Notes: a model not told the origin generated them from the sequence alone. A stretch of DNA of 64,000 bases from Occultella glacieicola (GCF_004353825.1 NZ_SMNA01000005.1:124001-188000), one strand, 5' to 3'; counted from the stretch's first letter, positions 1-11,049 are shown. Program-made: numbers and translations.

Positions 1-3000
1 TGCGCGTCGATCGGCAGTTCCACCTTCAGCTCGGGCAGCTCCTCGGGCACCTCGCCGCGGAAGTTCGCCACCGCCTCGGAGACCATCCGCACGTACAGGT
101 CGAAGCCGACGCCCGCGATGTGCCCGGACTGCTCCCCGCCGAGCAGGTTCCCGGCGCCGCGGATCTCCAGGTCCTTCATGGCGATGGCGGTGCCGGAGCC
201 GAGGTCGGTGTGCGCGGCGATGGTCTGCAGCCGGTCGTGCGCGGTCTCGGTGAGCGGGCGTTCCGGGGGGTAGAGGAAGTACGCGTAGGCGCGCTCGCGA
301 CCCCGGCCGACGCGGCCGCGGAGTTGGTGCAGCTGGGACAGGCCGAGCACGTCCGCGCGCTCGACGATCAGGGTGTTCGCGTTCGAGATGTCCAGGCCGG
401 TCTCCACGATGGTGGTGCAGACGAGGACGTCGAACCTCTTCTCCCAGAAGTCCATGATGACCCGCTCGAGCTGGTGCTCGCCCATCTTTCCGTGGGCGAC
501 GGCGATCCTCGCGTCTGGCACCAGTTCGGCGAGTCGCGAGGCGGTGCGGTCGATCGACTCGACCCGGTTGTGCACGTAGAAGACCTGCCCCTCGCGCAGC
601 AGTTCCCGTCGGACCGCGGCGGCGATCTGCTTCTCCGCGTAGGCGCCCACGAACGTCAGCACCGGGTGCCGCTCCTCCGGCGGGGTGGCCAGGGTGGACA
701 TCTCCCGGATCCCGGTGACCGCCATCTCCAACGTCCGCGGGATCGGCGTGGCGCTCATGGCGAGCACGTCCACATTCGTGCGGAGCTGCTTGAGGGTCTC
801 CTTGTGCTCGACCCCGAACCGCTGCTCCTCGTCCACCACGACCAGGCCCAGGTCCTTGAACCGGACCTCGCCGGTGAGCAGCCGGTGGGTGCCGATGACC
901 ACGTCCACGCTGCCGTCGGCGATGCCCTCCTTCACGGCGCGGGCCTCGGCGTCGCTCTGGAACCGGGACAGGCCCTTGACCACCACGGGGAACCCGGCGT
1001 ACCGCTCGGAGAACGTGTCGAAGTGCTGCTGCACGAGCAGCGTGGTGGGCACCAGTACGGCCACCTGCTTGCCGTCCTGGACCGCCTTGAACGCGGCCCG
1101 GACGGCGATCTCGGTCTTGCCGTAGCCGACGTCCCCGCTGATCAGCCGGTCCATCGGGGTGGGCTTCTCCATGTCCGCCTTCACCTCGTCGATGGTGACC
1201 ACCTGGTCGGGGGTCTCGACGAACGCGAACGCATCCTCCAGCTCACGCTGCCACGGGGTGTCCGGGGCGAACGGGTGCCCCTTCGTGGCCATCCGGGCCG
1301 AGTACAGCCGGATCAGCTCGCCGGCGATCTCCTTGATCGCCTTGCGGGCCCGGCCCTTCGTCTTGGCCCAGTCCGAGCCACCCATCTTGTTCACCGACGG
1401 CGACTCGCCACCGGTGTACTTGGTCACCTGGTCGAGGGCGTCGCTCGGCACGTACAGCCGGTCGCCGGGCTGGCCGCGCTTCGACGGCGCGTACTCGATG
1501 ACCAGGTACTCGCGGGTGGCGGCGGAGCGCCCGGTGCCAATGGTCCGCTGGATCAGTTCCACGAACTTCCCGACGCCATGCTGCTCGTGCACCACGTAGT
1601 CGCCCGGGCGCAGCGCGAGCGGGTCGACGACGTTGCGCCGCTTCGACGGCATCCGGCGCATGTCCCGGGTGGAGGTGCCGGCCCGGCCGGTCAGGTCCGC
1701 CTCGGTGAACACAGCCAGTTTGAGCGGTTCCGAGACGAAGCCGCGGCCGAGGCTGGCGGTGGTGACGAGGACGACGCCGGTGGGCGGCAGGTCCGGGTCC
1801 TCACCCGGGCGGGCGTCGCCCTGGGCCGGTTCGACGGCGGAGACGAGCCGGGCGGGCACGTCACCGTCGAGGAGCTGCTCCACCATCCGGCGGGCCGGCC
1901 CCGGGCCTTCGGTCACGAGCACGAGGCGCCAGCCGGCGGCGGTGAGGTCACGCAGGTCCGCCACGGCCCGCGCAGTCTCGCCACGGTAGACGTCGACGTC
2001 ACGGGAGGCCACGGTGACGGTGCGGGCGTCGCGTTCCTCGCCGTCGACCGTGCTGTCGGTGCTGTCGAGCAGCTCCTCAAGTTCCGCGTCACCGGCGAAC
2101 GAGCCGAACGTCCACCAGCCGAGTCCACGCCGAGCGGCGATGTCGCGCACCTGGGCGATGGTGGCGAAACTGGCCTCGGACAGGTCGAGCGGGGTGTTCG
2201 CCCCGGCCGCGGCGGAGGTCCATGCCGCGGCCAGGAACTCCTCGGTGGTCGCGACCAGGTCGTGGGCCCGACGCCGGACCCGCTCCGGGTCGTTGACGAT
2301 GAGCAGCGAGTCGGCCGGGACCAGGTCCAGGACCGGTTCCATCCGGTCCACCAGCGCCGGGGCCAGGGACTCCATGCCGTCCACGGCCATGCCCTGGCTC
2401 AGTTTCTCGAGCATCTCGGCCGCGCCGGGCAGTTTCGGGACGAGGTCCGCGGCCCGGGCCCGCACCGTGTCGGTGAGCAGGACCTCGCGGGTCGGCGGCG
2501 CCCAGATGCCGTCCTCGCTGACCTCGAGGGAGCGTTGGTCCGCGGCCGAGAACCAGCGGATCTCCTCGACGTCGTCACCCCAGAACTCGATCCGCTGCGG
2601 ATGGTCCTCGGTGGGCGCGAACACGTCCAGCAGCCCGCCGCGGACGGCGAACTCACCGCGCCGTTCGACCATGTCCACGCGGGTGTAGGCGGCGGCCACG
2701 AGGGCGTCGATGACCTGCTCCATCGGCACGGTGTCCCCGGCCCGCAGCGCCACCGGCTCCAGGTCGCCGAGGCCGGCGACCACCGGCTGCAGCACCGCGC
2801 GGATCGGCAGGATCAGCACCCGGATCGGGCGGGTCGACCCACCCGCACCGGCGAGCGACGCTCCCGAAGCAGCCCCGCCGTCGGGCGTCGCCTCCGGCGC
2901 GAGCGGGGCGAGCGGCTCGGAATGGGCGAGCCGGCGCAGCACGGCGATCCGCCGGGCGACGGTGTCGCTGCGCGGCGAGAGGCGCTCGTGCGGGAGCGTC

Positions 3001-3272
3001 TCCCAGGACGGGAAGATGGCCACGTCGGCAGGGTCGAGGTACGCGCCGAGGGCGGCGGCGAGATCGTCGGCTTCGCGCCCGGTCGCCACGACCACCACCA
3101 GCGGTCGCGTGCCGTGTTCGGGGTGCCCGGCAAGTTCGGCGAGCAGCGGTGCCCGCGCCCCGGCGGAAGCGGAGACGTCGATCGCCCCGCGTGCGACGAG
3201 TGACTCCAGCAACTCGCGCACGCCGTCGTCGGCGCGCAGCGCAGGCAGGATTCCGGTGAGGTTCTGGGGCAC
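1..3272 (-). CDS. mfd: Transcription-repair coupling factor Mfd (3' end runs out of the window)
   Basis: Manual minus-strand translation (absent from the ORF track because it is truncated): GTG at 3272 after GGAAGGAAG; motifs [11 protein letters not shown] (CarD/RID), GDVGYGKTE (Walker A), [23 protein letters not shown]. Confidence 0.97.
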   Translation of the reverse strand, partial: MPQNLTGILPALRADDGVRELLESLVARGAIDVSASAGARAPLLAELAGHPEHGTRPLVVVVATGREADDLAAALGAYLDPADVAIFPSWETLPHERLSPRSDTVARRIAVLRRLAHSEPLAPLAPEATPDGGAASGASLAGAGGSTRPIRVLILPIRAVLQPVVAGLGDLEPVALRAGDTVPMEQVIDALVAAAYTRVDMVERRGEFAVRGGLLDVFAPTEDHPQRIEFWGDDVEEIRWFSAADQRSLEVSEDGIWAPPTREVLLTDTVRARAADLVPKLPGAAEMLEKLSQGMAVDGMESLAPALVDRMEPVLDLVPADSLLIVNDPERVRRRAHDLVATTEEFLAAAWTSAAAGANTPLDLSEASFATIAQVRDIAARRGLGWWTFGSFAGDAELEELLDSTDSTVDGEERDARTVTVASRDVDVYRGETARAVADLRDLTAAGWRLVLVTEGPGPARRMVEQLLDGDVPARLVSAVEPAQGDARPGEDPDLPPTGVVLVTTASLGRGFVSEPLKLAVFTEADLTGRAGTSTRDMRRMPSKRRNVVDPLALRPGDYVVHEQHGVGKFVELIQRTIGTGRSAATREYLVIEYAPSKRGQPGDRLYVPSDALDQVTKYTGGESPSVNKMGGSDWAKTKGRARKAIKEIAGELIRLYSARMATKGHPFAPDTPWQRELEDAFAFVETPDQVVTIDEVKADMEKPTPMDRLISGDVGYGKTEIAVRAAFKAVQDGKQVAVLVPTTLLVQQHFDTFSERYAGFPVVVKGLSRFQSDAEARAVKEGIADGSVDVVIGTHRLLTGEVRFKDLGLVVVDEEQRFGVEHKETLKQLRTNVDVLAMSATPIPRTLEMAVTGIREMSTLATPPEERHPVLTFVGAYAEKQIAAAVRRELLREGQVFYVHNRVESIDRTASRLAELVPDARIAVAHGKMGEHQLERVIMDFWEKRFDVLVCTTIVETGLDISNANTLIVERADVLGLSQLHQLRGRVGRGRERAYAYFLYPPERPLTETAHDRLQTIAAHTDLGSGTAIAMKDLEIRGAGNLLGGEQSGHIAGVGFDLYVRMVSEAVANFRGEVPEELPELKVELPIDA

Positions 3273-3422
3273 GCGGGGCTTCCTTCCAGGGCGGTGCGGG
3301 ATGGGCGCTCGAGCCCGCTAGCCGCACACGTCGAGCCCGGACCGAATCTCGGGCCGGGTCAGCTGCGCCCTCCAGACTACGCCTGCGGCCGGACCAACCC
3401 GCCATCCCATCCAGCGTGCAGC

Positions 3423-4443
3423 TCAGCAGTCCCCCTCGGTGTGCACCGGGGCACCGAGGTGAGTGACCACGCCGTCGCGCGCACCGACCTCGACGGCCAG
3501 GTCGTACGAGCCCCCGTCGCCCTCGTGGGTCACCGGATCGAGGTGGACGTAGTCGTAGGCGACCCCCTCGTGGACGAATGACTCGATGGGGGCCTGCGGG
3601 TGTTCGGCCCGGACCGCGTCGATGCGTTGCCCGAGCACGACTCCGCCCGGGCCGTCGACGGGCAGGGGGCCGGACGTACCGTCGTCGACGGAGACCCACC
3701 AGTCCGTGGCGCTGCTGCTGTCCTCCTCCTCGACCGTGCGCCCCGGGTCGAAGCCGGCCCAGACCGTGCCGGTCGTCCGAGTGTCCGCGAGCGCTCCCAC
3801 CAGTGCCGCCGGTGCCAGCATCGGGTTCCCGCACTCGCATCGCACCGCCGGCAGGCCGAGGGGGTCGACCGCCGTGCCGCCTGCAGCACCGACTGCCGAG
3901 GGGTCGCCTCCCCTGCCGAGAAGCCGTGGTTGGTGACGCGCGTGTCGACGAGAAGGGTGACGGGCGCCAACGTACCCACGAACTCGGCGATCGCCTCGTC
4001 GAGATGCCGAAGACCCCGGCCCACGCGGTGGCCTTTGCGGCGCCGCCGGCGAGGAACGCCACGAGGGCGCCGGCGCCGCAGGTCTCGAGCCTGTTCGTGC
4101 CGCCGTACAGCCCGGGCGCGGTGCCGGAGATGCTCAGGACTCCGGTGGCCGGATCGGGGTCGAGGTCCTGGGTGAGCTCGACCGTGCGGGCGACGATCGT
4201 CTCGGAGAAGGTGGCCGGTGCGGCGCCGTCGGTCGTGGTGACCGACTCGGTGAAGGGGTCCTCGCCCGCTGCCGTGGCCGGCTCTAGGGTCAGGACGTCG
4301 GCCTGTGCGGAGTCGCCGAGGAGCGCGCGGACTCCCACGACCAGGTCGGCGATCGCCACGACAAGGACAGCAACGGCGACCATCGTCGTGGTGCCGCGAC
4401 GGCGCGCCGGTCGTGGCTGGGGCAGGGTCTCGTGCTCGGACAT
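3423..4443 (-). pseudogene. DUF6777-like membrane-anchored protein with two frameshifts (about 4000 and 3880)
   Basis: Family-like motifs are split over three frames: GLYGGT..C...AWAGVFGI / DTRVTNHG..QSVLQA / GTAVD..VRCECGNP. N-terminal TM helix and RBS GAAGGAAGG. Confidence 0.7.
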
Positions 4444-4623
4444 CACGGCCGTCCTTCCTTCGACGGCGAAGGATTGCTGGGTGAACTCTGGACCTTTCCT
4501 GTCCCCGGCGAGCGACCGCTTGCAGGTGATCGTAAGCCGCCCTCTCGGTACGCCCCGGCGATACGGCGGTTGCCTTTATCATCGACGCAGGCTGACACCC
4601 AGCCGGATTCGAGGTTGGTGGAC

Positions 4624-5772
4624 ATGGCGGGCGTTGGCGAACGCGGCATCGATGAGGACGTCTCGACCGCGCCCGCGGACGATCCGGCGGACGGGTCCGG
4701 CGACGAGTCGCGCGGCGACCGTCCGGAGCGCAAGCAGCGCAGCCGCGCGCGGGTGGCCCTGATCGTGGCCGCCGGGCTGATCGTCCTGCTGGTCGGTGGC
4801 CTGATCCTCACCGTGGCCGCGATCCAGAACCGCATCGCGGCGAACATCGACTGGATCGAGGACCCGTTCGAGGGCCTGACCGACCGGCCCTCCGCCGGTG
4901 GCGCCCCGAGCAGCGACGCCACCGAGGCGCCGCCCGGCTCCGCCGTCAACATCCTCATGCTCGGCTCGGACAGCCGGATCTCAGCCGGTGACCCGAGCCA
5001 GTGGTCCTACGGGGCGCAGCGCACCGACGCGATCATGCTGGTCCACATCGCAGGCGACCGGCAGTCCGCGCAGATCATGTCGATCCCCCGGGACTCCTGG
5101 GTGACCATCCCCGGGCATGGCGACCACAAGATCAACGCCGCGTTCTCGTTCGGCGGCCCGGCCCTGATGATCCAGACCGTCGAGGCCTTGACCGGGGTGC
5201 ACATCGACCACTTCGCGATCGCGGACTTCGAGTCCTTCGCGATCCTCACCGACGAACTCGGCGGCGTCGAGATCGACCTCCCGAACGGGCTCGACAACGC
5301 CGGCGTGGTCCTGGCCCCCGGGGCCCACACGCTCACCGGTGACGAGGCACTGGCCTACGCCCGGCAGCGCTACGGCCTGCCCGCTGGCGACTTCGACCGG
5401 GTCGCCCGGCAGCAGAACTGGATGCGTGCGATGGTCTCCCAGGCGTTCCGCACGGACGTGCTCGCGGACCCGTTGGCGCTGACCGGGCTGCTCGACGCGG
5501 TCTCCTCGAGCCTCTCCGTGGACGAGGGCTTCACGGTGGCCACGATGCGCGACCTGGCGCTCAGCATGCGGGACCTGCGGCCGGGTTCCATGGACTACCT
5601 GACCGTGCCGGTCGAGGGCACCGGTCGCAGCCCGGACGGGCGGCAGTCGATCGTGGTCCTGGATCAGGCGCGCTTCGACGCCCTCATGGACGCGGTCGCC
5701 GCCGATACGGTGTCGCAGTATGTGGCCGAGCACCCGGACGATGTGACCACACTCGGCTCGGCAGTGAACTGA
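4624..5772 (+). CDS. LCP (LytR-CpsA-Psr) family cell-wall glycopolymer ligase
   Basis: TM helix followed by NILMLGSDSR, RTDAIML, SIPRDSWV, KINAAF, ARQR, DFDRVARQQ. Confidence 0.93.
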   Translation: MAGVGERGIDEDVSTAPADDPADGSGDESRGDRPERKQRSRARVALIVAAGLIVLLVGGLILTVAAIQNRIAANIDWIEDPFEGLTDRPSAGGAPSSDATEAPPGSAVNILMLGSDSRISAGDPSQWSYGAQRTDAIMLVHIAGDRQSAQIMSIPRDSWVTIPGHGDHKINAAFSFGGPALMIQTVEALTGVHIDHFAIADFESFAILTDELGGVEIDLPNGLDNAGVVLAPGAHTLTGDEALAYARQRYGLPAGDFDRVARQQNWMRAMVSQAFRTDVLADPLALTGLLDAVSSSLSVDEGFTVATMRDLALSMRDLRPGSMDYLTVPVEGTGRSPDGRQSIVVLDQARFDALMDAVAADTVSQYVAEHPDDVTTLGSAVN

Positions 5773-5944
5773 GGATCGGCCGGACCCACCGGCCTTCGAT
5801 GTCGCCGAGCAGGGCGTCAACGGCGTGCAGGCGCCGGGTCAGGATGCGGGACTCCGCGGGGTCCGGGGTGGTGTTGACCCCGATCAGCAGGCGGTCGCGG
5901 TAGCGACGCACCTCCTGGATGCGAACCTCGTCGTTCACGGACAT
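5684..5944 (-). CDS. Small hypothetical protein (86 aa)
   Basis: ATG preceded by a strong RBS AAGGGAGG; helical N-terminal about 55 aa; the tail overlaps the LCP 3' end convergently. Confidence 0.5.
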   Translation of the reverse strand: MSVNDEVRIQEVRRYRDRLLIGVNTTPDPAESRILTRRLHAVDALLGDIEGRWVRPILSSLPSRVWSHRPGARPHTATPYRRRPRP

Positions 5945-6037
5945 CTACGCCTCCCTTCGTAGTCTCCCCAGGCGGCCCCCAGCCGGGCGGGGAGTGGTGG
6001 TGCTTGGACTGATTGTGTGCCGAGCACCTCGATTGCA

Positions 6038-7852
6038 TCAATAGGTCGGTGCCGATGGACCTCCGTGGATGGGACCGGCCGGCGGCTGCGGACCGGGATT
6101 CGGGACGGTCGGGCCCGGCTGGGCGCCGTAGTGGCCCGGCTGGCCGCCGTAGTGGCCCGGCTGGGCGCCGTACGAACCCGGCGGGCCACCGTACGGACCC
6201 GGCGCGGCACCGGCCGCGTCCGCACTGACGATCCGCACCCGCGCCAGCTGTGCGGCCAGATACGCGAAGCCCGCTGCGAACAGCAGCACCACGGGCACCG
6301 GCGTGAGCAGGCCGAGCACGGCGCCGCCGTCGAACAGCCGCGAGTACAACTGGGACAGCACCAGAACGGCGTGCTGGGTGTCCTGGCTGAACGAACTCAG
6401 GTAAGGCCAGAGTGCGCCTTGCGGGCCCAGCCACGTCTCGATGGCGAGCACCCCCAGCACGGCCACCCCGGCAACGCGCAGGGCGCTGCGCCGGTCCGGG
6501 CTGCGGCGCACCGCCGCGAACAGGAACGTGAACAGGAACAGCGCGGGGATCGCGACGAACGGCGGCTCGAGGGTCGGCCGGTTCAGCCAGTTGAGGTCCC
6601 GCAGGAACATGAAGTGGGCCGGCGCGAGGACGCCGAGGCCCACGAACAGCCACGGCGCGAAGAACCAGAGCACACGCTCGCTGCGACGGCCGAACGGGCG
6701 CAGATAGCCGATGGCGTACCCACCGGCTGCGGCGATCGCCGTCCCCACCAGGGCGTTGACGAGAGCACTGCCCCAGGTCGTCACGAACACCCCGGCGACC
6801 GAGATGCCGAGCTCGTCGTCCGGGAGCCCGAGGCTCGTCAGCCAGGGCAGGGCGGCCACGACCAGGCCGACGAGCGCGACCGCCGCGATGACGACGCCGA
6901 CGGTGCCCGCCGCGCCGTCGGCGTGCGCTGCCAACCGCGGCTCCAGTCGGTAGCGCGTTCCCACCACCAGAGCGGTCCCGAGCAGGCCGAAGAGGACGAG
7001 TGGCATCAGGACGACGATCGCGATCGCTGCGGCCAAGCCGGCGTCGGCATAGAGGAAGGCGCTCTCATAGATCAGCGCGCCGGGAAGTCCGCGATCGGCG
7101 CCGACGATGTACGGCGTGAAGGCCTGCCAGCCGACGGCGATCCCGGCGAGCCCGGTCCCGACGAGTGCCAGCGTGGTGGCGCGACCGCGCCCCGGTCCGT
7201 CCGCAAGCCGACCGACGAGTGCCCCGACGAGCAGTGCCGCCCCGAGCCCGACGGCGAGGAAGCCGAGAATGATCCCAGCACCCTCGCCCGGTACGAGCGG
7301 GCCGACGCCGAAACCGTACGAGAACGGCGCCATGGTCACGAGGGTGGCGCCGACGATGCCGAGGCCGAGCGCCGCCGTCCGCACGGACGCCCTCGTCAGG
7401 AGCCGGCCGATCAGCAGGCCGACGCCGAATCCGAGGAGGGCCGGTGCGAGCCCGGCCGCGGCGCCGAGCAGGAGACCGGTCACCAGGTCGGGTGGGATCT
7501 TCGCGTAGTTGTCGAGGCCAACGAACCCCCCGTCGCCGAGCAGCGCGCGCTCCTGGAAGCTGGCGAGGAACAGGCGCACGGTGGGGATCGCCTGCCCCAG
7601 GAGGAGCGCGACGGCGGCCGGCGCGAGAAGCAGCAGGCCCAGTCCGGTCCGGGACTGCGAGTCGGCCGACGGGCCCAGCGGCGAGGGGGCGTACGGGTTC
7701 TGTTCCGGCGCCGTCGCGTACGGACCCTGATGCGGCGCCGGCGCGTACGGGCCCTGGTGCGGTGCGTCGGTGCCCGCCCCGGCCGGCGGCTGCTGCCCGG
7801 CTTGCTGGTGCGACGGCGCACTCGTCCATGGCCCCTGATCCGGCGTCCCCAT
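6038..7852 (-). CDS. Polytopic membrane protein resembling two fused carbohydrate-ABC permease subunits, with Pro/Gly/Tyr-rich repeats at both termini
   Basis: FVGLDNY and LIYESAFLY..AGLAAA (MalF-like) in the first half; AAGGYAIGYLRPFGR and PAHFMFLRDLNWLN (MalG-like) in the second half. ATG 7852 lies 7 nt after TACTCT. Confidence 0.7.
   Translation of the reverse strand: MGTPDQGPWTSAPSHQQAGQQPPAGAGTDAPHQGPYAPAPHQGPYATAPEQNPYAPSPLGPSADSQSRTGLGLLLLAPAAVALLLGQAIPTVRLFLASFQERALLGDGGFVGLDNYAKIPPDLVTGLLLGAAAGLAPALLGFGVGLLIGRLLTRASVRTAALGLGIVGATLVTMAPFSYGFGVGPLVPGEGAGIILGFLAVGLGAALLVGALVGRLADGPGRGRATTLALVGTGLAGIAVGWQAFTPYIVGADRGLPGALIYESAFLYADAGLAAAIAIVVLMPLVLFGLLGTALVVGTRYRLEPRLAAHADGAAGTVGVVIAAVALVGLVVAALPWLTSLGLPDDELGISVAGVFVTTWGSALVNALVGTAIAAAGGYAIGYLRPFGRRSERVLWFFAPWLFVGLGVLAPAHFMFLRDLNWLNRPTLEPPFVAIPALFLFTFLFAAVRRSPDRRSALRVAGVAVLGVLAIETWLGPQGALWPYLSSFSQDTQHAVLVLSQLYSRLFDGGAVLGLLTPVPVVLLFAAGFAYLAAQLARVRIVSADAAGAAPGPYGGPPGSYGAQPGHYGGQPGHYGAQPGPTVPNPGPQPPAGPIHGGPSAPTY
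6113..6201 (-). repeat. 21-bp coding tandem repeat (PGPYGGP/PGSYGAQ/PGHYGGQ/PGHYGAQ)
   Basis: Repeated ggcccggctgg(g/c)cgccgtagt units on the + strand. Confidence 0.85.
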
Positions 7853-7899
7853 GCAGGGCAGAGTAGCAAGCCCCGTCACGGGTCCTCGGCCGGGCGGAC

Positions 7900-8496
7900 T
7901 CAGGCTCTCGCGGTGTGCAGCGCCGTTTGGGCCTTCTCCAGGCCGAGGGCGAGGAGGTCTCGGACGGCGTCGGCCGCCTCCTCAAGGGTGACTCCGAGCT
8001 CGGCCTTCTCGACGGCCGAGAAGTCGCGCAGCACGTACTCGGCCGGGTCCATCCGACCGGGCGGGCGACCGATGCCGACGCGCAGCCGGAGGTAGTCGCG
8101 AGCGCCGAGGGACTGCGAGATCGCCTTCAGCCCGTTGTGGCCGCCCTCGCCGCCGCCGCGCTTGAGGCGCAGCGTGGCGGCGGGCAGGTCGAGCTCGTCG
8201 TGGATGACCAGCAGGTGGTCGGGTTCCACGTCGTAGAACCGGCAGAGGCCCGCGACCGGTCGGCCGGAGACGTTCATGTAGCTGGTCGGCTTGGCCAGGA
8301 CCACTCTTGGGCCGGGTGCCCCGCCGGGCAGGGTGCCGAGGCGCCCGTCCAGGACCATCGCACCGGCCTTGTGGTTGGTGAACGAGCCCGGGACGTCGCG
8401 CGCGAGCACGTCGAGCACCATCTGCCCGACGTTGTGCCGGTTCCCGGCATAGGTGGGCCCGGGGTTGCCCAGGCCCACCACCAACCAGACGCTCAT
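7900..8496 (-). CDS. pth: Peptidyl-tRNA hydrolase
   Basis: [39 protein letters not shown]. Confidence 0.98.
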   Translation of the reverse strand: MSVWLVVGLGNPGPTYAGNRHNVGQMVLDVLARDVPGSFTNHKAGAMVLDGRLGTLPGGAPGPRVVLAKPTSYMNVSGRPVAGLCRFYDVEPDHLLVIHDELDLPAATLRLKRGGGEGGHNGLKAISQSLGARDYLRLRVGIGRPPGRMDPAEYVLRDFSAVEKAELGVTLEEAADAVRDLLALGLEKAQTALHTARA

Positions 8497-8513
8497 GACT
8501 GCGGCGAGGTGGC

Positions 8514-9170
8514 TCAGGCCTCCTCGTCGGCCTCCTCGGCCGGAGCGGCGGCCTCGCCCTGGGCACCGGCGGCCTCGCCGGCCGCCTCGGCCTCGGCGTC
8601 GGCCTCCAGGTCCTCGGCGGTGACGCGCGGAACGGTCACGTTGATCACCACGGCCTCGGGGTCCACCTCGAGCACCGCACCCGTCGGCAGGGTCAGCTCG
8701 CCGGCACGGACGATGCTGCCCTCCTCGAGGCCCTCGATGTTGACCTCGACGTGCTCGGGCAGGTGGGTGGCCTCGGCCTGCAGGCTGATGGTCTGCAGGT
8801 CGAGGGTGTGGATGGTGCCGGGTGCGGTCTCACCGACGATGACGACCGGCACGTCGACGACGACCTTCTCGCCACGGCGGACCAGGATGAGGTCGAGGTG
8901 GTCGATGGTGCGGCGGACGGCGTCGCGCTGCACGTCCTTGACCAGGGCCAGCTCGGTGTTGTCGCCGAAGTCCAGCGTGAGCAGCGCGTTCGCGTTGCCC
9001 TTCAGCGCCAGGAAGGTGTCGTGGTCCGGCAGCGACAGGTGCACCGGGTCGGTGCCGTGGCCGTACAGGACGGCGGGGATGAGGCCCGCACGGCGGGTGC
9101 GGCGGGCGGCGCCCTTGCCGAACTCGGTGCGGACGGTGGCCTTCAGGAGGTTCTCGTTGCTCTCGGACAT
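8514..9170 (-). CDS. rplY: 50S ribosomal protein L25 / general stress protein Ctc
   Basis: [32 protein letters not shown]; position between prs and pth. Confidence 0.97.
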   Translation of the reverse strand: MSESNENLLKATVRTEFGKGAARRTRRAGLIPAVLYGHGTDPVHLSLPDHDTFLALKGNANALLTLDFGDNTELALVKDVQRDAVRRTIDHLDLILVRRGEKVVVDVPVVIVGETAPGTIHTLDLQTISLQAEATHLPEHVEVNIEGLEEGSIVRAGELTLPTGAVLEVDPEAVVINVTVPRVTAEDLEADAEAEAAGEAAGAQGEAAAPAEEADEEA

Positions 9171-9326
9171 GGGTGTCTTCTCCAAAGCTGGTGGGGGCGG
9201 CTGGTGGCCTCAGCGCGGGACGTCGGGCGGGCGGCTCACGGTCGCGCTCCACCACGTCGATCACGGACCCGGCGGCTGCGCGTGCGGCCGCCCGGCATCC
9301 CTCGCCGAGGCAACCTGGACATCCTA
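9171..9326 (-). promoter_or_regulatory. rplY promoter (-10 TAGGAT at 9326-9321) and structured 5' leader
   Basis: Long stem-loop UCGG-CGAG-GGA ... UCC-GUGA-UCGA begins just downstream of the -10 element. Confidence 0.5.
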
Positions 9327-9359
9327 CCCGCACTCCGGCACTGCCGGGAACCGCGACGT

Positions 9360-10013
9360 TCAGCCGGCTGTGCCGGATGTGCCGGCGGCCCACGCCCAGT
9401 GCACGGTGACGCTGGCACCGACGGTCTGCTCGCCGCCCTCGACCGGCATCGACGCCGGCGCGGCCGCCATCATGCGCGCCTTCGGCATCGGGGTGACGTT
9501 CGCACCACCCTCGACCACCTGGACCACGGCGCCGAGCGCCCGGCCGGCCAGGCTCGCGTACTGCTCGGCCCGGTGCCGTGCGTCGGCGAACGCCGCTGCG
9601 CGGGCGCGCACCTGAGCCTGCTCCGGCTCGGAGACGGCGAAGGTGAGCGAGTCGATCCGGGCGATGTGCCCGCCGTCGGCCAGTGCGGCATGCACCTGCG
9701 CACCCGAGGCGCCCAGGTCTCGGAGCACCACGCGCAGCCCGAGCCGCACGTGGACCCGGCTCGGGGCCGGCTCACCGGCCTCGTTGGTGCGGTCCTCGTG
9801 CCAGATCGAGGTCTGGGTGGTGCGCAGGTCACGGCGCTCCACGCCGCGGGCGAGGAGTCCGTCGCGGATCCGGGCGAGACCCTGTTCCGCGGCCGGCAGG
9901 GCCTCGGACAGGTCCGGGCCGCTGACACTGACCCCGAGGTCGGCATGCACCACGTCGGGTTCCACGTCCACGCCACCGGTCCCGGTGACGACGATGCCGC
10001 CGTCGGTCGTCAT
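9360..10013 (-). CDS. SIMPL domain (DUF541) protein
   Basis: IVVTGTGGVDVEPD, AFADARHRAEQYASLAG, GEQTVGASVTVHW. Confidence 0.9.
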   Translation of the reverse strand: MTTDGGIVVTGTGGVDVEPDVVHADLGVSVSGPDLSEALPAAEQGLARIRDGLLARGVERRDLRTTQTSIWHEDRTNEAGEPAPSRVHVRLGLRVVLRDLGASGAQVHAALADGGHIARIDSLTFAVSEPEQAQVRARAAAFADARHRAEQYASLAGRALGAVVQVVEGGANVTPMPKARMMAAAPASMPVEGGEQTVGASVTVHWAWAAGTSGTAG

Positions 10014-10032
10014 CGACCCAGCGTAGCCAGGC

Positions 10033-11010
10033 TCAGACGCCGTCGAACAGGCTCGTGACCGACCCGTCGTCGAACACCTCGCGGATGGCCCGACCGAGCA
10101 GCGGGGCGATCGACAGCACCGTGAGCTTCGCGAACCGCTTCTCCACGTGGATGGGCAGGGTGTCGGTGATGATCACCTCACGCGCGCCGCTCTCCTGCAG
10201 CCGGCTCACGGCCGGGTCGGAGAGGACCCCGTGCGTCGCTGCCACGATCACGCTGCGGGCACCGGCGGCGGTGAGGACCTTCACCGCCTCGGAGATCGTG
10301 CCGCCGGTGTCGATCAGGTCGTCGACGAGCACGCAGTCCCGGTCCGCGACCTCGCCGACCACCCGGTTCGCGACCGCCTGGTTCGGCCGGTTGATGTCCC
10401 GGGTCTTGTGCACGAACGCCAGCGGCACCCCGCCGAGCTTGGCGGCCCACTGCTCGGCCACACGGATCCGGCCGGCGTCCGGTGAGACCACGGCCGCATT
10501 GGCGACGTCGACGCGGGTGCGGACGTAGTCGGTGAGGATCGGCATCGCCCACAGGTGGTCGACCGGGCCGTCGAAGAAGCCCTGGGTCTGGGCGGCGTGC
10601 AGGTCCACGCTCATGATCCGGTCCGCGCCCGCGGTCTTGAACAGATCCGCCATCAGCCGCGCGGAGATCGGCTCGCGACCGCGGTGCTTCTTGTCCTGGC
10701 GGGCGTACCCGTAGAACGGAACGACCGCGGTGATCGACTTGACCGAGGCCCGCTTGAGGGCGTCGACCATGAGCAGCTGCTCCATGATCCACTCGTTGAT
10801 CGGCGCGGTGTGGGACTGCAGCACGAACGCGTCGGCGCCCCGCACGCTCTCGGCGAACCGGACGTAGATCTCACCGTTGGCGAAGTCGTACGCCGTGGTC
10901 GGGACCACCTCGATGCCCAGCTCGTCGGCCACCGCTGCGGCGAGTTCGGGGTGCGCCCGCCCTGAGACGAGGACGAGACGGTTCTCGCCGTGGCTGGTGA
11001 TACCTGTCAT
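10033..11010 (-). CDS. prs: Ribose-phosphate pyrophosphokinase
   Basis: YARQDKK, DLHAAQ, VSPDAG, VLVDDLIDTGGT. Confidence 0.98.
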   Translation of the reverse strand: MTGITSHGENRLVLVSGRAHPELAAAVADELGIEVVPTTAYDFANGEIYVRFAESVRGADAFVLQSHTAPINEWIMEQLLMVDALKRASVKSITAVVPFYGYARQDKKHRGREPISARLMADLFKTAGADRIMSVDLHAAQTQGFFDGPVDHLWAMPILTDYVRTRVDVANAAVVSPDAGRIRVAEQWAAKLGGVPLAFVHKTRDINRPNQAVANRVVGEVADRDCVLVDDLIDTGGTISEAVKVLTAAGARSVIVAATHGVLSDPAVSRLQESGAREVIITDTLPIHVEKRFAKLTVLSIAPLLGRAIREVFDDGSVTSLFDGV

Positions 11011-11049
11011 CGGTCGTGGCTCCTCGCGCCTCGTGGGGGATGGTCGTGC

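Noticed and set aside
2840..2925. Low-complexity insertions in Mfd (and in GlmU near 12240-12310) as possible inteins
   Set aside because: About 25-30 aa of Ala/Gly/Pro loop with no intein splicing motifs.
120..3203. 1027-aa plus-strand ORF
   Set aside because: Antisense shadow of mfd; high-GC codon bias suppresses stop codons on the opposite strand.
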